This document shows positions 14,154 through 22,972 of a DNA stretch of 64,000 nucleotides, one piece after another; positions within the stretch are counted from its first letter, which is position 1; each line of letters begins with the position of its first letter. The stretch covers positions 58,592,001 to 58,656,000 of the forward strand of contig NC_045697.1 of the NCBI RefSeq assembly GCF_009834535.1, read 5' to 3'. A program made the translations under genes and the position numbers. The notes under the pieces are model-generated. The model saw nothing but the letters and a program-made list of their open reading frames with translations, had not been told where the DNA came from and made no database searches. This stretch comes from Camelus ferus (Eukaryota).

Positions 14154-14605
14154 TGTGAAGGAAAAGCTGAGCTGGTCTAACAAGATAACTCACAGGTCTA
14201 GGAATGTGAAGGAGAGGCTGGGCTGGGCTAACAAGTCTAAGTATTGGAATACCGATCTGAGTTCTGCTGGACTAACTTGTAAATCTAAGTTAATTAGTGT
14301 TGGTTTGCTGTTTATGTTTTTTGCTAGCCAGCTGGATTCTCAAAGATACATATCTGGCTTTGGAATGTTGGTTTGCTGCCTCCCCGCCTCCACTTTTGTG
14401 ATGATAATGCTGCTAAAGCTGTTCCATGCCTATTGGCCGAATACCCCATGCTTGTACTTTACCCTGTAAAACCTCATGTGCACATCTTGAAGGTGCTCAG
14501 AGCTTCAGAGCAGAAGCCCCTCTGAGCCCGCTGGCATAATACATCTGAGTACTCCAACCCTCCGAGTGGTGCTTGTTTCTTGACTGGCCTGTTGTTTCCG
14601 TAACA
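14154..14605 (+). repeat. 5' LTR (452 bp)
   Basis: Starts TGTGAAGG, ends GTAACA; matches 18814-19266 with 11 substitutions and one T indel; followed by the PBS. Confidence 0.97.
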
Positions 14606-14609
14606 TTTC

Positions 14610-14627
14610 TGGAGGCCCCAGTGATAT
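14610..14627 (+). promoter_or_regulatory. Primer binding site, tRNA-Thr
   Basis: TGGAGGCCCCAGTGATAT, 4 nt after the LTR; 16/18 match to TGGAGGCCCCAGCGAGAT, the recalled complement of the mammalian tRNA-Thr 3' end. Confidence 0.85.
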
Positions 14628-14830
14628 ACAACCACGCCAGCCCCTTGAGCAGCCGGACTGGTGGCTCCGGCCGACCGGGGGACAGGATTCCGGCAGCGAA
14701 TGAGATGGCGCCGCCCGACGGTATTTCGGGTTCTCTTTCGTGACGGCAACTCGGCCCCCAGGTGGCTGGGCTACAACCAGATCCAGACTCCATGGAGGGA
14801 CGGACAGACTCACCAGGTGGCCATCCGGAC

Positions 14831-14839
14831 AAGGTAGGA
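14831..14839 (+). promoter_or_regulatory. Probable major splice donor of the proviral leader
   Basis: AAG|GTAGGA about 220 nt downstream of the PBS, the usual position in gamma-like ERVs. Confidence 0.5.
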
Positions 14840-15265
14840 ACCCCCGGGAGGTATCAGGTCCTGTCCCATTGGACAGAAGAGGAGGCTGATCCTCTCCTAC
14901 AGGAAACAGGATATTGGTATTGGTGGGAAGAATGTTGTTAACCTCTGTGTGTGTGTGTGTGAGTGAATGAGCGGCCTGTGAAGTGTGCAATCAGGCTCGA
15001 GTTTGTAGCTCCACGGCATTCTGCTACGGAGTTCGAGTGAGTCCCAACCTGCGGTTCCGTGGTGACCTCATACGGCTCAGGGCGGTATCAGTCCCTCAGG
15101 GTCCCGATCGGAGTCAGCAGCTTATACTGACCCGCCAAAGCTAAGAGGCACCTTCGTCCCCGCGAGGGGAGCGGCCAGGCGGACGCAACGAAAACCCTCC
15201 CTTGTCTTGTCTGTGACACCGGCACAGGGTGGCCACACTGGGAGGGAAAAGGACATAGACAGCCA

Positions 15266-15746
15266 ATGAGTCAACGCCCCTGTGCCCTCGGAGGCTAGGA
15301 TGCTATTTCTTTGAAAAGTCTCCTACCTGATTCTGTTACAGAACACCCGAGACTTAGTGTTTCCCTACAGAACAGACCCAAGTAGTGCCCCTTTTGCGTA
15401 GCCCCAGACCCCCAGGACTCAAGTTTAGAAGATGAATTCCTTCAGGACCGGGCTCACCCGGCCTTGGAGGTCCCTTTACTAGTCCATTTGTTTTACCATC
15501 TGCCGTCAGTCCCACGCCCCTGATATGTTAGTTCAGGATATAGACAGGATTTAATGAAGAAAGTCCCTGGAACTGCTTGAGGCCTTGAGCTCCAGAGACA
15601 TCAGCTGTGACTGGAACCCAGACTCCCTGGCCAAATTAGCCTTCAAACAACTCAGAGACCCAGCAAGAGAGCAGTCTCTCTGGGAACTCAGTGTTTTGAG
15701 GAGTGAAGAAAGAAAAGATATAAAGGCTACCTTCCCAAACATCTAA
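15266..15746 (+). pseudogene. Decayed candidate pre-gag ORF (~160 codons; internal stops and a frameshift)
   Basis: ATG at 15266; CPFC...HLFYH segment; final stop-free stretch RKSLELLEALSS...KATFPNI ends at TAA 3 nt before the gag ATG. Confidence 0.45.
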
Positions 15747-16433
15747 AAAATGGGAGGCTCTAAGTCGAAACCCACCACTCTAGACTGCATGATTAAGAAT
15801 TTCAAAAAGGGGTTCTCAAGAGAATGTGGAATTTGAATGACCCCTGGCAGGCTCCGCACTTTGTGTGAGCTTGAATGGCCGGCCTTTGGAGTCTAGTGGC
15901 CCTCAGGAGGAACTCTGGACCTAGCAACAGTGTGAGCAGTCTATCAAATAATCACTGGAACCCCAGGCCACCCAGATCAATTCCCTTACATTGACTCCTG
16001 GCTAAATATCGTCCAGACTCTACCCCATGGATTCGGTTCTGCTCAAATGGACCTGGACAATGCAAGATATTAGCAGCCCAGCCAGTCCAGGCCAAAAAGA
16101 CAGAGAGAAAAAAGCCTATTTTCCATGGAGATGCAGAAGACAGATATGTCTACCCCCTCCGTATGCCCCCGGGGCACCAACACCTCCCCAGCCTGAGGAC
16201 CCAGAGGCAGAGCCCAGCCCCCAGCCTGAGCCGGTAGGAAGGAGACTCCGCTCAGCACAAGCCGGGAAGCCAGCACCACCGGCCCTCCAAATGCCACTGC
16301 AGGAGACACAAGGGCTGCAACAAGTTGGGGAAAACGGGACTGTTCAGCCCGGGCACCCCGTACTCTGCTACCAATCCTTTAGCACTACAGCCCTTCTTAA
16401 TTGGTGCTATCATACTCCTTCCTACTCTGAAAA

Positions 16434-16669
16434 GCCGCCCAGCAACAGCAGCAGCAGCAGCCCCTGCAGCCCCGGCACCGCCTCCACCTCAGCCGCCGCC
16501 GCCTCCATGGCAACTGTCAGGGGAGCGCCGGCCCCTGCCCAGTCCCGAAGCGATGCTGGGACAGCCTTGGGCTCTGCTGCAAAGTCATACAAATATTTGG
16601 TCTCTGTCCAGCCCACGATGATTTCTACTTGGTGGTGACGACTGTAATCAGGCTGTCAAGCCACAGGCT
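16434..16669 (+). pseudogene. ATXN7: Captured, internally deleted fragment of spliced ATXN7 mRNA (polyQ region to the first zinc-finger segment)
   Basis: Translates piecewise to QQQQQQQP / [16 protein letters not shown] / [17 protein letters not shown] / [22 protein letters not shown] / DCNQAVKPQA; matches recalled ataxin-7 ...QQQPPP...[31 protein letters not shown]...[36 protein letters not shown]. Confidence 0.93.
16440..16460 (+). repeat. CAG CAA (CAG)5 trinucleotide tract (ATXN7 polyQ remnant)
   Basis: Read directly from the sequence. Confidence 0.95.
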
Positions 16670-17515
16670 ATGATTTACCTAGTAGAGTCTATCTTCCATT
16701 CTCACCAGCCCACCTGGGAGGATGTCCTCCAGGTGCTTTTGACTCTTTTCAATACAGAGGAGAGGAGATGCATTCTCACCTGAAGCACGAAAATGGCTGC
16801 AGGGCCGAGCCCCTGGGGACACAATGGATGTTGAGGGGTGGGCCATGACACATGCCCCTGACACCAGACCAGATTGGGACTTTAACACCCAAGAAGGAAG
16901 AGAAGTGCTGTGTGAGTACCGGGAAGCCATCGTACAAGGGCTAAGAGCAGGAGCCAAGAAGCCAACTAACATGTCTAAAACGACCATGGTGACCCAGAGG
17001 CCAGACGAGACCCCCACTGACTTCTATGAGAGACTATGTGAAGCATTCCAAGTCTACACTCCTTTTGATCCTGAGGCCCAAGAAAACCAGCGGATGGTCA
17101 ACGCTGCCTTCGTAGCCCAATCACACCCAGATATACGCCGGAAACTCCAAAAACTGGATGGATTCGCAGGGATGAACGCTACACAGCTGCTGGAAGTAGC
17201 AAAGTTTTTGTAAACCGAGAACGGGAAGCCCAACGAGAAGCAGACCAGCGAATGAAGCAGAAAGCCGCACTCCTTGCAGCAGCCCTGGGAAAAACAAGCT
17301 TCAGCCAGAATCCTGCACCACCCCGGAAGAGGGGACCCCAACCACGGATGCCCCTGGGCCGAGACCAGTGCGCATACTGCTGGGAGACAGGACACTGGAA
17401 GAACGAGTGCCCAAACAGAAAGGATGGAAAGAGAGCACCCCTCAAAAGGCCTACTTATCAGCTGGAGCCACCAGCCAGTAATCACATCGGACTGGCTGGG
17501 GTCGACTCAGAATAG

Positions 17516-17751
17516 GAGAGACCGCGGTCCCTGCCCCTGGGCCCCCGGGAGCCCAAGGTCAAGATGTTTATAGGGGGCCAACCAATGACTTTTATGGTAG
17601 ACCCAGGAGCAGAGTATTCTGTGGTGACCAAACCTGTAGCCCCCCCTGACCAAGAAAAAGGCGACTACTATAGGGGCTACTGGGGACTCAACTGCCCGCC
17701 ATTTCTGCCAACCACAATCCTGTCGAGTAGGGGGCCATCTAGTGACACATG
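17516..17751 (+). pseudogene. pro: Protease, truncated, in frame with gag via TAG readthrough; catalytic DTG changed to DPG; one frameshift
   Basis: EPKVKMFIGGQPMTFMVDPGAEYSVVTKPVAP, then after the frameshift KKKATTIGATG...VGGHLVTH. Confidence 0.9.
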
Positions 17752-18008
17752 CCATTATTCACTGTAAGGGACCATATTTAGTGGTATTAACCACCCCTAC
17801 AGCTGTTAAAGTTGCAGGAGTCATCCCTTGGATCCACCACTCCAGGGTTAAGAGAGCGACTTCACCTCAGACAGAGGGTCCCTGGAAAATTGAGTGTGTC
17901 CCGGGAGACCCGCTCAAGATCAAGATCAAGAGGGACCAGAAAAGGATCGACAAGCCCTGCTCTAGCCACACCCAGAAGCTGGCTAGTCAACACACGGCCG
18001 AAGCTTGA
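17752..18008 (+). pseudogene. pol: Integrase C-terminal remnant (RT, RNaseH and IN core deleted)
   Basis: KGPYLVVLTTPTAVKVAGVIPWIHHSRVKRA...DPLKIKIKR, the gammaretroviral IN GPY/F tail, fused directly to the protease. Confidence 0.9.
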
Positions 18009-18031
18009 GGAAAGCTCAACGCAGCTGTTAA

Positions 18032-18208
18032 ATGTATTTCTTTTGTGCTCCCTTGCCTATTTCCTTGTTTGCCATACTAGTCTGCGTATTAGCAGTGGGG
18101 CTAGCTAGCGCCGCCACACCTAACTAGAACATAGGCCATAGAATCCTGATAGCTATTTTATATCTTGTTATAATTAGTGCCATCACTGCAGCATCATGTC
18201 TAAGATAA
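18032..18208 (+). pseudogene. Candidate small two-helix membrane accessory ORF (58 codons, one internal TAG)
   Basis: MYFFCAPLPISLFAILVCVLAVGLASAATPN*NIGHRILIAILYLVIISAITAASCLR*; its end overlaps the env ATG. Confidence 0.45.
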
Positions 18209-18786
18209 TCATAAGGCTGATGTTACTGACGCTAATGCCCTCACTCTCCTTGGCTGTACAATGCACCTGCACAGAACCGGGTGACAAATGGTCCATGTAC
18301 CAACCTGTATTTCCAGCTAACAAGTGAATTCAGCCATGATCTCCAACAAATAGCAGAAACCCTGGGAACTCTGCAAAATCAGATTGACTCTCTGGCCGAG
18401 GTGGTTTTACAAAACAGGAGGGGTCTGTAACTTACTCATGGCCAAAGAGGGGGGACTATGCCTCTTCCTACAATGAAGAGTGCTGTTTTTATGCCAATCA
18501 ATCAGAAATTGTCAGAGAGATGGTTCAAGAGTTACAAGACCGAGTAAAAAGAGAAAACATATTTTAAATAAGAGCCCATGGACAGGCCCCTGGGGCTGGA
18601 CCTCCTGGCTGGCACCGTTCATAGGTCCCTTACTCCTGATTTTTTGCAGTTCTGCTATTTGGGCCCTGTGTCCTAAACTTCTGGACCCGCTTGGTCAGTG
18701 AGTGGATAGAGGTTATATAACTTCAGATGTTAGCCTCCAATTATGAGCCCCTGCAACAGATAAGTGATGATGCTTACTCCAACTAG
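18196..18786 (+). pseudogene. env: env remnant: signal peptide joined (out of frame) to TM, SU largely deleted
   Basis: MSKIIIRLMLLTLMPSLSLAVQCTC; heptad LQNQIDSLAEVV; ISD LQNRRGL..LL..KEGGLCLFL..ECCFYANQS (CX6CC, frameshifted); anchor WLAPFIGPLLLIF..FGPCVLN; YEPL motif; TAG at 18784-18786. Confidence 0.92.
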
Positions 18787-18801
18787 AGTTGTGAAAGCAT
18801 C

Positions 18802-18813
18802 AAGAGGGGGGAA
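18802..18813 (+). promoter_or_regulatory. Polypurine tract
   Basis: AAGAGGGGGGAA immediately before the 3' LTR. Confidence 0.92.
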
Positions 18814-19266
18814 TGTGAAGGAAAAGCTGGGCTGGTCTAACAAGATAACTCACAGGTCTAGGAATGTGAAGGAGAGGCTGGGCTGGGCTAACAAGTCTAA
18901 GTATTGGAATACCGATCTGAGTTCTGCTGGACTAACTTGTAAATCTAAGTTAATTAGTGTTGGTTTGCTGTTTATGTTTTTTTGCTAGCCAGTTGGGTTT
19001 TCAAAGATACATATCTGGCTTTGGAATGTTGGTTTGCTGCCTCCCCACCTCCACTTTTGTGATGATAATGCTGCTAAAGCTGTTCCATGCCTATTGGCCG
19101 AATACCCCATGCTTGTACTTTACCCTATAAAACCTCATGTGCACATCTTGAAGGTGCTCAGAGCTTTGGAGCAGAAGCCCCTCTGAGCCCGCTGGCGTAA
19201 TACATCTGAGTACTCCAACCCTCCGAGTGGTGCTTGTTTCTTGACTGGCCTGTCGTTTCCATAACA
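18814..19266 (+). repeat. 3' LTR (453 bp)
   Basis: Preceded by the PPT; TATAAAA at 19126-19132; ends ATAACA, then the TSD ATGG. Confidence 0.97.
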
Positions 19267-20544
19267 ATGGGAGGGTTAATATATACGCCCTGGAGTTTGG
19301 GGAAAAAGCAGAGGAAGAAAGATCAAGATGCATAGGGTGTTAGCTACAGTTCTACTCTAAAGATGAAAGCAAGGCTGTGTAAGTTTCTCAGAGACAGTGT
19401 GAGGTCTGGAAGTCCAAGGTGACTTTTTAGAGGTGAAAAATTATATCAGCAGAAGAGGTATACAACTGAATTTCCAGGGGTACAAGGAGGAAATGTAAGC
19501 AGTCATCCAGCTGGGAGAACATGCATCATTTGTTTTCACATGAAATACAGTCAGATATTTCTCAATGGGACTTTTCAGTTTTTAAAAATCTGCCCAAGAC
19601 AGAGATTCATCTTTATCCATCTTCCAGAAGAGAATTTATTCTTTACTCCATTAAAACCTGTCACATAAGACCTTTCCTGTGCCTTATCTGTCGTCCCCTC
19701 TTCACCTCCAATGCTGAACCATTTAGGAGCTTTAGGAGCTACAGGCATTCCAGCCCACAGAAGACAAGGGGAAGCATCAGGTGGGGAAATGGAGAGGAAG
19801 CAGGCTTGGCACCCACTTCGCACGGCAAGCTTTCCACTTAGAGCAATGAGGAGAGGGAAAGTGTGAAATTTTACTGTCAATGAAGTTTGGAAATTTTCCT
19901 ATCATAGGGAATTTCAAAAATTGGATTCTTCTTAGGACTGAAACGATGATTGTGGGGCGAAGGGAGCTATAAGGGCAGGGAAGAAACACGGGAGGATGAG
20001 AAAAAAGCTGTTTTATGACTGGACTCAATCCTTATTTAATGTAATGTATTGATTACAGACTAGTTGGTTATTTTGGTAGATTGAAATGCTGCACCACAGC
20101 CTTCCAGATACACAACGTATCTTAAAAATCCTGTCTCAAGTACAGTGCTACTGGTTCCACGTTGGTGGAAGGTAAAAGCCTAATAATTTTTTGAAGCTAC
20201 TGAGATCTGAGATTTAGAATTGCTGCTGCTGTTGTTTTTAAGTAGCTTTGTGGGGGGAGGGAATTGCTAACTGCTAACAGATACAGTTATTAGTCAATCA
20301 AATATCTCTCTCAGATAATGCTTAGGTCCAGAGAAAACTGACTATAAAAATAATGGTCCATACTATCCATAATGTGTCAGAATAAAAGGAATCACATCAA
20401 GAAACAACCATTACAAAAATAAATGTATTAGTATATTGGATAATCTTCCTCTATGTGAATTATTTTAAATAGCTAAAATGTATTAGCAGATTTATTATTT
20501 ATTTTCATTAGAAAAAATATTTTTTTTCCTCAAATATAGTCTAG

Positions 20545-20775
20545 GAGTTCAGTAGGTCTGCATGGGGATGATGTGTCCTCTAGAAGACATTTGGCAACAT
20601 CTAGACAGTTTTGATTGTAACAACTAAGAGGGATGATATCCAGTCAACAGAGAGAAGGCATGCTGCTCAACATCCCACACTGCACAAGACAGACCCCCAC
20701 GACAGAATTATCCTGCCCCAGATGTCAAAATACCAAACGGGCACCTGCCCAAAGTGTGAAGGGTGAGAAACCGTG
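20545..20775. mobile_element. MER20-like hAT MITE
   Basis: GACATTTGGCAACATCTAGACAGTTTTGATTGT, AGAATTATCCTGCCCCA. Confidence 0.7.
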
Positions 20776-22972
20776 AAGTAGGCAAGGGGGAGAAGGAATG
20801 GGAAGAAGTGTTTTTAGATTGATTTTTGGTATGAAATAAAGAGTGTGTGTGTGTTTCAAGAATATTGGCAATCTATCTGTTAGGTGAAGTGCAAAAATGT
20901 CAAATCAGTAAAAACAAACAAACAAACAAAAAAACTATCCAACATTAGCAAGACTAATAAAAACAAATTTCCACTTTGCTTTCTGCATTGAATATTTATT
21001 GTTTTTGCTTCCCTGGCTGTCACTCCCTCTGCTTGGGAAAACATCTCAATTTTGCTTTGAGAAACTATCCAGCCTACGTCCATAAACTTGTAATATGCCA
21101 CTCAAGATGCCCTGCTCTTCTCTGGTTCTGAGTGAGTCTGTGAATCAAGTTACACCAGCTAGACTCCCCAGGAATCTGCATCTTAAGTGAAGTGAGAATA
21201 GGGTACAAGAGAGTTACACCAAGGCCCTGAAGAAACTGCTTCTTAAATTCTGTTTCCCCTTACCTAGGATGGTTCAAATTTATCATCTAAAATATTCATT
21301 CTATTCTAGACTAAAATTTTATTTCATAGTTTATTCTTAGTTTAAACCAACCTCAATGAGACATAAGTAAACTATTTAGAAAATTACAAACATTCATACA
21401 CAAATAATACTTTCTACATTTTATCCTAACAGGCTAAAAATCACTAGGTTCTGCATCATTATTTAGATATTTGCGTCAAAGTACCAAATAAGTGGTAAGT
21501 GTATGTTGGCCAAACAAAACAACAACAAAATACAATTAAATGAGACATATACTATGCTTCTAATTATTGAATTTTAGTTCAACAGCTTTAAAATTCTACC
21601 AGTTTTTTCCAAGCTAGTTCCTTTTATGTCTCTTTGGGGCACTATGCACAGAACTTTCTCAGTTCAGTAAACCTAACATTTTTTTTCTCCTCAGTCAGTT
21701 CAACACCAGATTCAAAAGAATCTTGCTTGAAAATTCCATTATTTGCTCCAGTTTCTGCTGGTGACCTTAGCTTTTTGTTGCCTCAGCAGTATAATGTTAT
21801 TCTAACCAAAAATAAAAAGGAACAGTAGATCAGAATTCTGACCTTCTAAAGCAACATGACTATAGTTTCTGCATGTGTTTTAGGCAGTAAGTGACTGTCA
21901 CAATAACATCTAAAAGCTTGGCTTTCTGGTGAGCTCTGTTTAACATTAAGTATTTGATACTTCAGGGCTTTAAAATGTTCAAATCAAATGTAAGATAGGT
22001 AAGAACTAGGATTTTATGTTGGACGTGCCAATATTTACTAAGGCTCATGAAAGGCCTTTTGCATTGAGGGGAAAAGTAGTTGGTTAGCCTTCCTGTTCTG
22101 ATCAGGAGCTTGAATTCAGTGAGGAAATCGTTATTGGTTTAGAAAAGTTATTTTTATAGATCAATTTCCATTATTTCATGCCAATCTTTTGGTAAATTAG
22201 AGTGAATACATGGGAGTCATTCATAAGTAAACTGATTTGAAAGGAAGATATAAATGGATTATTATGTTTTTAAAACTAAGACCTTTAATACAGTAGCAAT
22301 TTCCAAGGATAAGCTACACAGATAATCTGTTCCTATAACAGCTTAGTGTCAACCATCTTTCACTTAAATACATCGAGACTATTACCAAGGTTTTGATGAC
22401 AACCTAACTACTACTCATATAAAATATATGCCACAAGAGTTCATTTAAAGCTGCTTTCCCTGTTGCTCTCTTACAAAGCTAGACATTCAGAAGAACCAAT
22501 GCTGACCAAACCTTTACATGGATAACTGCAATATAGTATTTCATTCCAGACACTTATTAGAGCATAATTAAATATCCTTTAAAAATCAGTCTTTTCTGAA
22601 AATATGTCACTCAAAAATCAATGTTTATAAAGCAATGCTTGTGTGATTTCAATCACTTCAAACTGTGCCCTCATGATGACTGTGAGGTTTTTTTGCCTTT
22701 TGTTGCCAATAATAAATTACAGCTCTGAAGTTATAAAAAATCTACATTCCTCCACCACTAATGTGATATATTTGTAAGATGTGTTAAATAATGTTTGAAA
22801 ATAAAGTAATTTCATGTGTATGGATGTCTGTATCTGTCTGTATGCTGATACCGACATAAATATCCACTTTACCGCACCTTTCTAAAAGATGTGGGATTGG
22901 AATTACTGAGAATGATTGATGCCTAGGCACTAAGTAAAGTAGAAAATTTCCTAGTCAACAAAGTATTAGTTT

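Larger units (their letters stand above)
15750..17515 (+). pseudogene. gag: gag (MA-p12-CA-NC), HERV-E/ERV3-like, disrupted by stops, frameshifts and a 226-nt host insert
   Basis: MGGSKSKPTTLDCMIKNFKKGF myristoylation start; GHPDQFPYIDSW; PPPY late domain; [35 protein letters not shown] zinc knuckle; TAG at 17513-17515. Confidence 0.95.
14154..19266 (+). mobile_element. Defective gamma-like (ERV1 class) endogenous retrovirus provirus, LTR-leader-gag(+ATXN7 insert)-pro/deleted pol-deleted env-LTR
   Basis: Two near-identical TG...CA LTRs; ATGG TSD at 14150-14153 and 19267-19270; PBS; PPT; recognisable gag, protease, integrase C-terminus and TM motifs. Confidence 0.98.

Noticed and set aside
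14155..14990. ORFs in the 5' LTR and leader (and their duplicates at 18764-19333)
   Set aside because: Incidental frames in LTR and GC-rich leader DNA; the + strand frame is broken by an indel in the other LTR.
16434..16669. Insert as an ATXN7L1/ATXN7L2 fragment, a true ATXN7 exon, or a low-complexity gag region
   Set aside because: The polyQ, [21 protein letters not shown] and GLC segments fit ATXN7 itself. The frameshifts, missing introns and position within gag rule out the real gene.
16070..17755. Minus-strand ORFs over gag/pro
   Set aside because: Shadow ORFs of GC-rich coding sequence with no recognisable motifs.
15296..18127. APOBEC3-type hypermutation suggested by putative TGG>TAG stops
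   Set aside because: Only a few sites, ancestral codons unknown without a consensus, and other stops fit CpG decay.
21690..21830. Minus-strand acceptor-like site
   Set aside because: No good donor and no open frame, so not called as an exon.
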